A DNA stretch of 64,000 nucleotides from a virus: the IMG/VR virus record IMGVR_UViG_3300018877_000002; one strand, given 5' to 3'. The position numbers and the translations under genes were made by a program. Under the pieces are notes generated by a model, which did not search any database, was not told the origin of the DNA, and worked only from the letters and a program-made list of their open reading frames with translations. This document shows, piece after piece, positions 36,775 to 46,946 of this stretch. Within the stretch, counting starts at the first letter, position 1. Every line of letters begins with the position of its first letter.

Positions 36775-37749
36775 CTATTCTTCGTAAATTCCGTCAAAAT
36801 CCTCAACATCTTCAGAGACGATATAGATTTCTGTTGTAGTAGAACTTTCATGCCCTAAATGCTTTTGGATTTTCTTGATGTCTACCCCAGCCTCTTTCAT
36901 GTGTGTAGCACGAGTTGACCTGAACATATGAGGATGAACATGTCGTCCAATGATCTCGCCAAAAATCTTGCACCAGTTATTGAAAGAGCTTGGATGCAAT
37001 GGTTTTGGCTCTTTTGCTTTTGTATTAATGAACACATATGGGCAGCTATCTTCTCCTCTGACTTCTAGCCATTTTCTAATAGCGTCCATAACACGTTTAT
37101 CAATTGTAAACTTTCTAACCTTTCCTTCTCTACCTTTGCCTTTACATCTGATTTGATGTGTCATCCAAAGATTCTTTTCATTGCCTTCTTTATCCTTCAG
37201 CTTAGGATAGTTGACAACCTCTTTCAACAATTGCCCTGTCTCGCCACGTCTGCAACCAGTTACATAAACAAACTCTAGGTATGCTACCTTCTGCCAATCT
37301 TTTCTTTTTTTCATAGTCTCAATAAGTAGTTCATATTCGTCAACTGTCAATGGCTTTTTTTCTTTTTTGTTTGATTTTGCAGGATTTGGAATCTTCTTGC
37401 TGTAAATATTTCTAAATGTTTCGCATCCATCTTCATCAGAATAATAAACTTCAACATATCCACACAAGCTAGAAACGGCAGAACGCTTGAATCTAACCGC
37501 GCTTGGAGATAAACCAGCATCAATCAAAAAGTTTTGATACTGCAAAGCGTGTCTTGGTTTCAGTTTGTATAATTGTTTATTATCACATTCATCATAAACC
37601 CATTTAAAGAATTGTCTTAGTGCACTTTTATATTGCATAAGCGTCTGTGGAGACAAATGGCTTTGTTTTAGAAACTCTTCTACTAATTTTCTATTCCATT
37701 TGTCTACTAGCTCCCACTGCTCATCTGTAACCTCTGGTAATTTTGCCAT
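36775..37749 (-). CDS. tyrosine recombinase (phage integrase family), catalytic residues intact
   Basis: VTGCRRGE (Arg I), HPHMFRSTRATH (HxxR), LGHESSTTTEIYI (His and Tyr). Confidence 0.8.
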   Translation of the reverse strand: MAKLPEVTDEQWELVDKWNRKLVEEFLKQSHLSPQTLMQYKSALRQFFKWVYDECDNKQLYKLKPRHALQYQNFLIDAGLSPSAVRFKRSAVSSLCGYVEVYYSDEDGCETFRNIYSKKIPNPAKSNKKEKKPLTVDEYELLIETMKKRKDWQKVAYLEFVYVTGCRRGETGQLLKEVVNYPKLKDKEGNEKNLWMTHQIRCKGKGREGKVRKFTIDKRVMDAIRKWLEVRGEDSCPYVFINTKAKEPKPLHPSSFNNWCKIFGEIIGRHVHPHMFRSTRATHMKEAGVDIKKIQKHLGHESSTTTEIYIVSEDVEDFDGIYEE

Positions 37750-37764
37750 ATACTTTCACCTCCA

Positions 37765-38268
37765 TCACTTAGTCTCATAGCCAAGCCTCTGGAGTCCTTG
37801 CTTCATAGCCACTGCGTGAATCTCTGTGCGTTCAAGTTCATTAATCGTATTTTCGATAAATGGTCTAGGTTGCGTGTATTCCCAGCCGTATATACCATTA
37901 GGGAAGTCATACCCATATCCTAATACTTCCATACCGTAATCATGACCAAACTCTACTATGTCAGAAATAAACTTGCCTTTAGAGTTACCAATAGCACTAA
38001 CAGTTTCATTTACAACCTCAATCCCAATCCATCCATTAGCTCGCTTCGACTTGTACACTTTTAGATTATCAGGGTCTTTTAAGCCCCCTAGATATTCTCT
38101 GCGCTCATAAACTCTTGGGTTGTATTTGTCGTAAACATCTGTTTGAACGTGTTTTGCCTCTACTACTTTCACTGTATCAGCAACGTCTGTTGCAAGAATC
38201 TCCAAAGCTTGTCGCTCTAGAGCTTTTTGAAGATCGTCTAACGTCTGCTTAAAATTAGCTCTCGTCAC
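37765..38268 (-). CDS. hypothetical structural protein
   Basis: Assigned by position in the tail module. Confidence 0.35.
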   Translation of the reverse strand: MTRANFKQTLDDLQKALERQALEILATDVADTVKVVEAKHVQTDVYDKYNPRVYERREYLGGLKDPDNLKVYKSKRANGWIGIEVVNETVSAIGNSKGKFISDIVEFGHDYGMEVLGYGYDFPNGIYGWEYTQPRPFIENTINELERTEIHAVAMKQGLQRLGYETK

Positions 38269-38728
38269 CAGTATAACCCTCTTCCAAGAGCTGTTCTTGA
38301 TACGCCTCCTGCTCCTCTAGAACTTTCGTAGCATCCTCCAACCCTTTATTGGCTAGCGCCATAGCTTCTTGAATCTTCTTTAGCTCTTCCACATCAAACG
38401 CATCCATAATCTTCGTTAGATATCCCGCATCAACTAATGTATCAAGAGCAATAACTTGCTTATTGAAGTCATTTGGAATGTCCAAGTCGGAAAAATGTTT
38501 GATGATATAAAGAGATAGAAAACCAACAGGGTCTACGATAACACCCTTCTCATGGGAAACTAGAACCGCATTGTGCATATCAGAAATTACCTTGCTAACC
38601 TTTGTAGGCTTGAATTTAGTGTCAATGTTGACAACATACCCATCGCCTACATTCACCTCTTTACGCTCATCGTACACTTTTAATTGTTTCTTAGCCTCTG
38701 TAAGAGTTAGTTTCTTTTGTTTAGCCAT
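38255..38728 (-). CDS. hypothetical structural protein
   Basis: Start at MAKQKK (ATG at 38728), overlapping the upstream stop. Confidence 0.4.
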   Translation of the reverse strand: MAKQKKLTLTEAKKQLKVYDERKEVNVGDGYVVNIDTKFKPTKVSKVISDMHNAVLVSHEKGVIVDPVGFLSLYIIKHFSDLDIPNDFNKQVIALDTLVDAGYLTKIMDAFDVEELKKIQEAMALANKGLEDATKVLEEQEAYQEQLLEEGYTGDES

Positions 38729-39125
38729 TAATAATCTCCTCCTCAAATTTTATTTTTGGAACCTTTGTAAATCTAAAAAGCATATGATTAACTGATGGAT
38801 CATTTTGATCGCTACTAATTCGTATAGACCATAGGTTTTCACATTCTAAATCATCTATAATAATTGTTACCACGTGATCCTTTCCAGTCTTGTAATCTCT
38901 AGCAACCCCTTTACAGATAGCTTTAAGATTTTTATTATATCCCATATATTCAAGCAGTTTGCTGTCATATAATGAATCAGCGATATGAATACTGCCCTTT
39001 CTATCACCGCGCACTATTATGTTAAAAGTTTTCAGTGAATCTAATTTTGCAATAAAATTTCCGTAACTATCGAAAAATTCTACTTCAAAAATTTCTCTTA
39101 TTCCATACTTCATGTTTCTCACCAC
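38721..39125 (-). CDS. small tail-tube-like paralog
   Basis: N-terminus MKYGIREIFEVEFFD resembles the major tail protein N-terminus MARFGMKEVFNVSFLD. Confidence 0.35.
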   Translation of the reverse strand: MVRNMKYGIREIFEVEFFDSYGNFIAKLDSLKTFNIIVRGDRKGSIHIADSLYDSKLLEYMGYNKNLKAICKGVARDYKTGKDHVVTIIIDDLECENLWSIRISSDQNDPSVNHMLFRFTKVPKIKFEEEIING

Positions 39126-39377
39126 CTAGTAAGTTTCAATATACATTTTTTCGATAATTTGAATAATCCCTAGCAAGCCTTCTCTGTTTAGTTCTAAGGG
39201 GTATTGATTATCAATCTTTAATTCGTATTTATCAGGTGAAACATTGATAAGCGAAATCTGTTGCTCATTTTCTGTTTCTGCAACAAATATCTTTGGAACA
39301 AAATGAGATTTAATTCCGCAAGTGCAAGGTTTTCCATCAATTCCTATTCCTGTATTAGCACAACCTTTGCAAATCAT
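39126..39377 (-). CDS. hypothetical protein, CxxC...C.C N-terminus
   Basis: MICKGCANTGIGIDGKPCTCG. Confidence 0.4.
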   Translation of the reverse strand: MICKGCANTGIGIDGKPCTCGIKSHFVPKIFVAETENEQQISLINVSPDKYELKIDNQYPLELNREGLLGIIQIIEKMYIETY

Positions 39378-39416
39378 AGCAATACCTCCCCTCTCATTCT
39401 TACTAAAATCAATCTT

Positions 39417-39695
39417 TTATAGAGAGCTACCGCGTCTCTTGACCTCATCTACTAACTGCTTCAATTGCTCTCCAATCTCTTCTCCAATGTTAGCTGTACA
39501 TTCAGCAAGAGTAGCAACAGCCTCATTATGATTAATGAAACTTCCAGTAAAATTCGTTCCAGAACCAGTGATAGTACCAGACGTAATTTTGGTTGGCGCA
39601 ATAGTCGTAGTAAACTTAATCTCCATAGTCTTGACAAACTCCGCAATTTCTTGTGGCGTACCATATATACAAATACCATTATAAACTGCCATCAT
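39417..39695 (-). CDS. hypothetical protein
   Basis: Open frame in the operon. Confidence 0.4.
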   Translation of the reverse strand: MMAVYNGICIYGTPQEIAEFVKTMEIKFTTTIAPTKITSGTITGSGTNFTGSFINHNEAVATLAECTANIGEEIGEQLKQLVDEVKRRGSSL

Positions 39696-39701
39696 ATTGT
39701 T

Positions 39702-39989
39702 TCACCTCCAGTAGCTTCCACGATGTAGACAAATATCTAACATCTCAACAATATCTTCTCTGTTGCCTAGATATATTGCCTGTGTACAACCAGCACCTCG
39801 CAACTGAGCAATATTTTCAAGAATACATTTAACTTCTACCTCTTCTGAAATTAACTTAAATTCATCCTTCCATCGTCTACTAAAATCGAATGAAAATCTC
39901 TTCGTTAAAAATTCGAAAACTTCACTGATCTTATCTTGTGAGTCGCATACAATAAGAAGCTTTTTCATATTCAACACCACTCTTTTCAT
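39702..39989 (-). CDS. hypothetical protein
   Basis: Open frame in the operon. Confidence 0.4.
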   Translation of the reverse strand: MKRVVLNMKKLLIVCDSQDKISEVFEFLTKRFSFDFSRRWKDEFKLISEEVEVKCILENIAQLRGAGCTQAIYLGNREDIVEMLDICLHRGSYWR

Positions 39990-40053
39990 CTTTTATCGAA
40001 CATCATACGCCAAAAAGAAAAGAGGGCGAACTTATGTCCACCCTATCTTTTTA

Positions 40054-40800
40054 TTAATACTTAATCATTTGAACCATTGTATTGTCAGCAGTTTTCAGAA
40101 CTTCAATGTTCATATCGAAAACAACAGGCTGACCATCAGCAGACAAGTTCAACGCAAAAGTTGGAAGCAATTTCGCTTTTGGAATAACAAGTTGCAAAGC
40201 TTCGTCAACGCCTGTAGCTTCATTACGAACCAGAGTATCGCCAATTACCATATAGGTGCTTGGATATTTATTGCCAGAAATCGTGAACAATGTTGCATTT
40301 GTTCCAGACTGATAAAAATAGGTTACAATTACCTTTTCACCCACTGCAATTTCTGTATTGTCAAATTCCATATCAGAACCAACCAATGTATAGGCAACAG
40401 TATCCCCTCTCTCATAGCCATCAGTCGTTTTAACAACTTTTACAGTGTTAGCCGTTGGAGTATTAGCTAGGGTAACTTCTGTTTTACCTGCTGTTGAACT
40501 AGCAATAGCAGTAAGGACTTCACGCTTGTAAACTTGCGCCGCACCAGAAACTGCCTCATTGCCAGTTTGCATAGACAAAGATTTTGGGTTTAGCAAAGCA
40601 TCTTGTAGGCTAAATGTAACTGTGTGATTGTAGTCCCAGCCGATTAAACGACCATTGCCTTGTCCACCTTGCGCATAAACCTGTTCTGCGTTATTTTCTA
40701 GATTAGACATTTTTAGAGTATCTAGATACAGAACTTCTTCTTTAGTATTCACGTCAAGAAAAGAGACATTGAACACTTCCTTCATACCGAAACGTGCCAT
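40054..40800 (-). CDS. major tail (tube) protein
   Basis: 248 aa, strong RBS, positioned between the head-tail joining genes and the chaperone/tape measure. No sheath-sized gene is present, so the phage is siphovirus-like. Confidence 0.6.
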   Translation of the reverse strand: MARFGMKEVFNVSFLDVNTKEEVLYLDTLKMSNLENNAEQVYAQGGQGNGRLIGWDYNHTVTFSLQDALLNPKSLSMQTGNEAVSGAAQVYKREVLTAIASSTAGKTEVTLANTPTANTVKVVKTTDGYERGDTVAYTLVGSDMEFDNTEIAVGEKVIVTYFYQSGTNATLFTISGNKYPSTYMVIGDTLVRNEATGVDEALQLVIPKAKLLPTFALNLSADGQPVVFDMNIEVLKTADNTMVQMIKY

Positions 40801-40859
40801 TAAATAACTCCTCCTTTATAAATATAATTTTTTATATACAAACCTTGCGGTTTGAAACC

Positions 40860-41600
40860 TTAATCAGACTTCACCTTTGAAGACCAATGTGTTATCTCTA
40901 TACCTGATGCCCCTGCCATCGTAGCTTTAATTGCTACTTCATATTCGTCAATCATCCTCAGTCTGCTAAACTCATCGTACAATTGATAAATTGTCAAATT
41001 CCACACATCATGCTTCCCAATAACATTTGATCTAGTAGATACTGCGGAAATTATGTCAACAAAATCAGGTTGTTCTGCGTCAACTCCTTTGAGTTTATTG
41101 ACAATTTTTCTTGTCTCTTCCATTTTTTTAATCAACAATCTTGCTCTTTCATCTTTTGGATTGTATTGATTCCTTGCCTTATTAGGATCAGAAATATAAT
41201 TCTGATATTCTATAACCTCTTTTACTTTTACAAAAATGTCATGATTGATAACTCTATTACCATCACCAAATACAAGATTGTGAAACTCAGGAAAATACTC
41301 AGCCTCTTCCACTTGAAAAAAGAATTTGATTGCATCAACAAAATGAGCTATGAAACTTTCCTCAGAACTCAAAAGCAAATCAAACAAATTAAGCTTCGTT
41401 CCATCGTCACTTGTTATTTCCTCACCAAATAAATCTTCGATATTTGTCGTTAAAGTGTTAAGATGTTTTAGGTATGTAGCATAGCCATGCTTTGCAATAT
41501 ATCTAAGCGTAAGAGGTTTTAGGTAGCCCGCACCTTCAATGTAAATTGGCTCACCAGACAATAGCTTTAATCTTAGATCAATGTTTTCTAATGACGACAT
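40860..41600 (-). CDS. hypothetical structural protein
   Basis: Assigned by position. Confidence 0.35.
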   Translation of the reverse strand: MSSLENIDLRLKLLSGEPIYIEGAGYLKPLTLRYIAKHGYATYLKHLNTLTTNIEDLFGEEITSDDGTKLNLFDLLLSSEESFIAHFVDAIKFFFQVEEAEYFPEFHNLVFGDGNRVINHDIFVKVKEVIEYQNYISDPNKARNQYNPKDERARLLIKKMEETRKIVNKLKGVDAEQPDFVDIISAVSTRSNVIGKHDVWNLTIYQLYDEFSRLRMIDEYEVAIKATMAGASGIEITHWSSKVKSD

Positions 41601-42085
41601 TAGCTTTCACTTCCGTTAAAAGAAATCATTCTAGCATATAAGCGAACAGCATCAAACTGTTCGTTTACCCACATGTGCTTCATTCTTTGAAAATCTAAAG
41701 TCCCAACAGTCTGTATGCTTTTTCCTTGCAAAGTATTTATAATCTCTTGCGCTATTGCATAAGGACGAACCGCTGGCTTCCCATTGTTAATTAACCAGAG
41801 CTTCTTAGCTACAACAACATCAAAGATTAAAACACAGTCATCAACATTTTTGTCAATATCAATATCTAAATAATATACTCTAACTTGTGAACAATCTGCA
41901 ATTGCTGTATTGAATGGCGATGGTGCAAGCAGTCCAGATTCCGTAAGAACACTTGGATTTTGCACAATTGGATTAAGAAGTGGATTTTCGTCATTATAAA
42001 AAATATATTTTACAAAATTAGCATTCTTTTTCAACTCATTAAGCAAAAGAAGTAAATTTTGTGATAAAAGTTCAAACTTTACCAA
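41600..42085 (-). CDS. head-tail joining / tail completion protein (by position)
   Basis: Assigned by position. Confidence 0.35.
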   Translation of the reverse strand: MVKFELLSQNLLLLLNELKKNANFVKYIFYNDENPLLNPIVQNPSVLTESGLLAPSPFNTAIADCSQVRVYYLDIDIDKNVDDCVLIFDVVVAKKLWLINNGKPAVRPYAIAQEIINTLQGKSIQTVGTLDFQRMKHMWVNEQFDAVRLYARMISFNGSES

Positions 42086-42702
42086 CCTGTGCCACCTCCA
42101 TTGTTAGGTATATCATTATTAATTGGAGCTGGATTCGTTGTAACATCCAATGTTAAACTAATGATACCTTTGTATGTTAATTTATCTATACCCTTGACCT
42201 TGTATCTCACTCCACCAATCATAAACAAATCGCCAAGAGCAATTTGTTCAGTATCAGTATTTGCTTGCACACTGAGAAGTGCCGTTCCGTTTGGAACAGA
42301 TATAATTTGCTGAACATCCATTGCGAATAAAATATGATTTACTACGCAAGGATAACTGTTGCCGTTCACATCTATCGAATAGTTACACTCAGAAATTTTA
42401 GCTTTTTTAAAAGGCTCTTCATCAAAGAATTCTGTTACCAGCCATTGAACAGAATCAATGAATGCTATAGAGCCTCCCTTAACGCTTGTGTTATCAGGCT
42501 TTAAAAGTAGCATTTTTAAGTTTGCCTTCTTTGTGTCCTGTTGAACGATCCTTGTTTCAGTATCAATTCCATCAATTTGAATTACCTTGTAATAAGGAGA
42601 ATCGGCAAAAGATGCGTTAATTTTATGGATAGTTGAGTTCTTTAACACATTAGCATTGTTGCCTCTTATATTCATTCGCGCCCTAAATAGATCGTAACTC
42701 AA
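42079..42702 (-). CDS. head-tail joining protein (by position)
   Basis: Assigned by position. Confidence 0.35.
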   Translation of the reverse strand: MSYDLFRARMNIRGNNANVLKNSTIHKINASFADSPYYKVIQIDGIDTETRIVQQDTKKANLKMLLLKPDNTSVKGGSIAFIDSVQWLVTEFFDEEPFKKAKISECNYSIDVNGNSYPCVVNHILFAMDVQQIISVPNGTALLSVQANTDTEQIALGDLFMIGGVRYKVKGIDKLTYKGIISLTLDVTTNPAPINNDIPNNGGGTGW

Positions 42703-42715
42703 CTAGCCCACCTCC

Positions 42716-43015
42716 TTATTGCAAAGACTTAATCATAGAGATACATTCAAACACCTTGCTTCTAAAAGTAGTAAAATCATCAATCTTAGTGATGCTTTCT
42801 AGTGATGCCAGCAAGCTTACAAACTCTGCTTTGTCAGTAATGACTTCGAACAATTCTTTGAATCCAGTCAGTTCATACATCAGCGATTCGTGATACTTGT
42901 TCAATGTGTCATTCCCCTCTTCTCTTAATGGTAGGAGCTTGAAAACCTTGCCGATCAACCTGTCAACATACTCTTTAATAAATGAATTATCAATATCGTG
43001 ATATTTTGATCGCAT
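42716..43015 (-). CDS. hypothetical head-tail protein
   Basis: Assigned by position. Confidence 0.35.
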   Translation of the reverse strand: MRSKYHDIDNSFIKEYVDRLIGKVFKLLPLREEGNDTLNKYHESLMYELTGFKELFEVITDKAEFVSLLASLESITKIDDFTTFRSKVFECISMIKSLQ

Positions 43016-43434
43016 TAAAAATCCTCCAATCCATTATAAGAATATGAAGAGATCATTTTCTGAACTTCAACATGAATAGATTCTTTCAGAGCCATTAGAC
43101 CTTTTAAATGATTTGCTTGACTCGTAATTTGAAAATCTCTATCCGTCATCTGTTGTTTGATAAGTAGCGCATCAGAAATTTGTGGCTCAATCCATTCAAG
43201 TACCATTGCTCTCGCCAGAATTTGCTTCTCCTCATTGGTGAGATTGACATTAAACTGTTTCAAGGTATCATCTCTGCTGAATAAATCTTGCTGACAGGCT
43301 TTAAATCTAACACATGCCCCATCCAGAAAGTTTATAAAAATTTCATCAAGTTGTTCATCAGTATAAGATGCCAAAGTGTAATCAGAGATTTTACCAAGAA
43401 AAATATTGAAAACATCTTGGTATGGAGTAGCCAT
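43015..43434 (-). CDS. head-tail connector protein (by position)
   Basis: Assigned by position. Confidence 0.35.
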   Translation of the reverse strand: MATPYQDVFNIFLGKISDYTLASYTDEQLDEIFINFLDGACVRFKACQQDLFSRDDTLKQFNVNLTNEEKQILARAMVLEWIEPQISDALLIKQQMTDRDFQITSQANHLKGLMALKESIHVEVQKMISSYSYNGLEDF

Positions 43435-43448
43435 CAGTCACCACTCCC

Positions 43449-44018
43449 TTAATCTGCCATTAGTTCTTTAAATACTGCAACGCCGAATGCTTCCTTGATT
43501 GCTCTAGCCTTGCGAATAGTCATTCTGTCATCTTCAGCATCTGCAAGTTCGATAGCCTTGTTGATAACAAGCTCCTTGCAACCAACAGGTAGTTTGCGAA
43601 TTTTTTCAACAAATTCTAGATCATTCAATTCAAAAATACCAGAAAGGCTTTCTGGATGAATAACATTCTCGTATAGCTTAGTCAAGCCAAGAAAGTCAAC
43701 AACCTCTGGGTCATTAATCATCAGCCAAGGGCTTGTAAGTATTTTTGAGTGAGAATTTTTAATTGAACGTAATTGACCAACAGAGATAAAGTCAGTATCT
43801 CCATATCTTGTGAACGTCCAAGTTTCTCCAGTCTTTTTATCTTCAACAACTAGAATGCCATTTGTTCCGTTGTAAACTTCAACAAGGGAATCCATGTCGA
43901 TTTCTTTCTTCTTAGGTCTTTCCTTGATAACAGGCTCAGATGTAGATTGTGCAACAACTTCTTTTTCTACCTTAGCCTCTTGCGCTTTAGAATCACCAGT
44001 ATTTTTTACATTTGCCAT
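43449..44018 (-). CDS. hypothetical head protein
   Basis: Start moved to the ATG at 44018, behind GAGGGTGG. Confidence 0.4.
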   Translation of the reverse strand: MANVKNTGDSKAQEAKVEKEVVAQSTSEPVIKERPKKKEIDMDSLVEVYNGTNGILVVEDKKTGETWTFTRYGDTDFISVGQLRSIKNSHSKILTSPWLMINDPEVVDFLGLTKLYENVIHPESLSGIFELNDLEFVEKIRKLPVGCKELVINKAIELADAEDDRMTIRKARAIKEAFGVAVFKELMAD

Positions 44019-44091
44019 ATTTATAACCACCCTCTCATTCATGATTTTATTTTAATTTAAAGAGAAAGGGGTATTTCTACCCCTTTAACTT

Positions 44092-45063
44092 TTAAGCCAT
44101 ACGATAAATACCGTATTTACGAGCAAATAGAAGACCAATACCTGACTTCTTCTTGAACATGTAGTCCATAGTCTCATCTTTTTGGCTCTTAGTCTCCTCA
44201 ATGCGACCTTCGCCCTCTAGAACCATCTTAACAATTTTCTCGCCACCCTTTGGAATGACCATAAGGAAATTGTCATCAATGGCAAATACATCAGAGTTAT
44301 ACTTATGGAATTGTTTAATTTCACGCATTTCCGTACCTCTGAACACTCCATAGTGCCCAAGCTCATTTTTCTTGTCAATCATATTTTGAGAAACTTGTGC
44401 TGGAGCGATCTTTCCAAGTGCAAATTTAGTACCAAGAATTACGGCCTCAGAATTTGTAGCCGCCTCTACGTGTTGAACCAATGTAGCCAATGCATCTTCA
44501 GTGAAAGCACCAGAAACAGCGTATGTAGTGCTTAGGTTAGTGTAGCTATTATAAATTGCCGTGTAGATTGCTGTAGCAATGTGCAAAGAATAAGAGCGGG
44601 CTACACGATTAACAAGATCAGACCAGTTTGCACGACCTTGCAGATAACGTTGAATTTCCTCGTATACTGCAACGCCTCTCCAAACAGTGTCGATCATGAA
44701 GTCGCCTTGGTCTAAACGTCTACGTCTAATGCTGTTGTTCGCATCAGAAATGATAGCCACAGGGAACAGGTCTTCTTGGTCTACATGGAAGCGGAAGATG
44801 TCACCTTCAGCAATAGTTTGAATTTCAACAAAGTCATCAAATTGATCGTATAGTTGTTGACCAAGGATGATGTCAATAGCCTGTTCTACGATAGCAAAGA
44901 CTTCGTTTTCATGTCTGCGAAATTCTCGATAGGTAAAAGTAGATTTACCGCCATTTACAGCGATCAGCTTTTCACGCAAAGCTTCTTCCATTGCGTCAGT
45001 GCTGTACATATCATATGTACGACCATTATATAGGTCAACCGCTAGTTTAACTAGTTCATTCAT
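44092..45063 (-). CDS. major capsid protein
   Basis: 323 aa, positioned after the protease/scaffold gene. Confidence 0.65.
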   Translation of the reverse strand: MNELVKLAVDLYNGRTYDMYSTDAMEEALREKLIAVNGGKSTFTYREFRRHENEVFAIVEQAIDIILGQQLYDQFDDFVEIQTIAEGDIFRFHVDQEDLFPVAIISDANNSIRRRRLDQGDFMIDTVWRGVAVYEEIQRYLQGRANWSDLVNRVARSYSLHIATAIYTAIYNSYTNLSTTYAVSGAFTEDALATLVQHVEAATNSEAVILGTKFALGKIAPAQVSQNMIDKKNELGHYGVFRGTEMREIKQFHKYNSDVFAIDDNFLMVIPKGGEKIVKMVLEGEGRIEETKSQKDETMDYMFKKKSGIGLLFARKYGIYRMA

Positions 45064-45090
45064 TTTATTTCCCCCTTTGTATAAATTGAT

Positions 45091-45615
45091 TTAAGCCTTA
45101 ATAACTTCGAATGTGGTAGACGCTACATTCTTGTAGCCAATTGTGCCAAGCTCAGTAATTTCTGCAACAAAACGTGGATTGTAAGTATTAGCACCAATAG
45201 TAATTGTTGGAGTATCAGAAACTTTTAGCTTTAAAGAACCAACCTCTGGAACAAGATACTTGCCTTTAACGGGAGTCCCCGTAATAGCATCGTTAGACAA
45301 AGTGATAATATCGCCTTCAACCATATAGTAGAAACGAGCCGCTTCGCCAGCTTTAACCACAAATTGGTCACGACCAGCTTGATTGTAAATCTTAACAATC
45401 TCTGGAGTGTTGTGGATAAGAATTGGACGAATTTCCAAGTCTGCCTCAGTAACAACCTTTAGTTTTCTTAGCTCTGTAGAAAAAGTACCATTAAATTCAC
45501 CATCAGCATAGTCACCCAACATACCAACGCGACCTTGTTCAAGATCAGCAGTGTGAACAACGCTCTCTAGGTGAGTGACAAATTTTTTGTCAAAATTAAT
45601 TAGAGAATATGCCAT
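45091..45615 (-). CDS. hypothetical head protein (decoration/scaffold position)
   Basis: Assigned by position. Confidence 0.35.
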   Translation of the reverse strand: MAYSLINFDKKFVTHLESVVHTADLEQGRVGMLGDYADGEFNGTFSTELRKLKVVTEADLEIRPILIHNTPEIVKIYNQAGRDQFVVKAGEAARFYYMVEGDIITLSNDAITGTPVKGKYLVPEVGSLKLKVSDTPTITIGANTYNPRFVAEITELGTIGYKNVASTTFEVIKA

Positions 45616-45645
45616 TTAAAATTTCCCCCTTTATTATTATTATGA

Positions 45646-46929
45646 TTAATTACCTTCTAAAAGATGTGCCCAAGCAGGTTCCCCTGTCTTAGACTTGACA
45701 TTAAAGTCAATCTTTAGCTTGTTAGGTTCACTTTTGTCATTCTTGCTAAAGTTTGTCGCCGCAACCTTTTTTCCAACAAGAGCAAATAGTTGAACTTCAA
45801 TTTCTTCAATTGTCATCTCAGAAGCGGCTTCTTTTACAGAAGCCATCTCTTCAATGGTAAGCTGTTTCTCAAATTTAGAAAAGACAGCATCCTCAGAGGC
45901 TTTACGCTCCTCAGTAATTTTACTTGCTTTAAACTCACGAAGCTCTTTAACTTCATTTTCAAGACTTGTGAATTTTTCTTGAATTTGTTCTTTTTCGGAT
46001 TTTACAGCTTCAAACTGAGTTGTCACTTCCTCTAGCTTACTATTAGCATCTCTTGTGGTAGCCTCTAGTGCCGTAAACTGCTCTTTTGCTGTATTCAACT
46101 CTGTCTCTAAGTTAGAGTATTTCTCTGCTGAAAATTCAGCAAGTTTAACAAGGAGGTCTTCTACAGAAATTTCTTCAAAATTTACCCCTCTTGCTTCGAT
46201 CTCCTCTTTAGAGGTAGAGAACAGCTTGATTAGATTTTCCTTATTCACTGTACCTATTCCTCCTTTATCTAAGATAATATCTGAACGACTATGAAAGGCT
46301 AAGTTAAATTCATCAACTTTTCTCTTAAAAGTTTCCCAATCAACATAAGTAAATTTTAAGGCTATATTAGCGTCATACATCGCTGGGTTAACATCAAATC
46401 CCAAGGCGCAAGCGCCATTAAATTTAAATTTAGAGAAATGAAACAATTTAGTTTCATCATTCCAGTAGCCTTCATAGTCGCTTGATAATTCCATGCTTTG
46501 AGATTTCACTAAGTCCCTATTAAATATATTAGTAGAATCTTCAAATTTAGTCCAAAGCAATCCATCTACAACAAGGTATTCTCTTTCAACGCCATCAGAA
46601 CCTGTTCTTACTTCGAACCTAGCATTATTATTCTCAGGAATAACACCGTAAGCAGAGCCTAGATATTTTAAAGTCCATTCACCATCAACTTTTTCTAAGC
46701 CTACTCTATGATCCGAAAAGTCTTCTTGGTGTTGAGAGTTTGGCTCAATATAACCAAGGATTGGAGTGTTTGCTAGAGTTGGCAATGCTTTAAGTACAAC
46801 CTCTTTTGAGAAAAAAGAGCCATTGTAGTTTTCTCCAAGATGCATCAATGTGATAGTAACTTTTAGAAATCTTTCATCCAATTGCTCTGTAACCTCAAAA
46901 TTAACAGGGATTTTAGTAGCTACATCCAT
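45646..46929 (-). CDS. prohead protease (XkdF-like) fused to a coiled-coil scaffold region
   Basis: Positioned after the portal gene. The N-terminal 200 aa are globular. The C-terminal region is E/K-rich coiled coil. Confidence 0.5.
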   Translation of the reverse strand: MDVATKIPVNFEVTEQLDERFLKVTITLMHLGENYNGSFFSKEVVLKALPTLANTPILGYIEPNSQHQEDFSDHRVGLEKVDGEWTLKYLGSAYGVIPENNNARFEVRTGSDGVEREYLVVDGLLWTKFEDSTNIFNRDLVKSQSMELSSDYEGYWNDETKLFHFSKFKFNGACALGFDVNPAMYDANIALKFTYVDWETFKRKVDEFNLAFHSRSDIILDKGGIGTVNKENLIKLFSTSKEEIEARGVNFEEISVEDLLVKLAEFSAEKYSNLETELNTAKEQFTALEATTRDANSKLEEVTTQFEAVKSEKEQIQEKFTSLENEVKELREFKASKITEERKASEDAVFSKFEKQLTIEEMASVKEAASEMTIEEIEVQLFALVGKKVAATNFSKNDKSEPNKLKIDFNVKSKTGEPAWAHLLEGN

Positions 46930-46946
46930 CTCATCTCACCTCCTCT

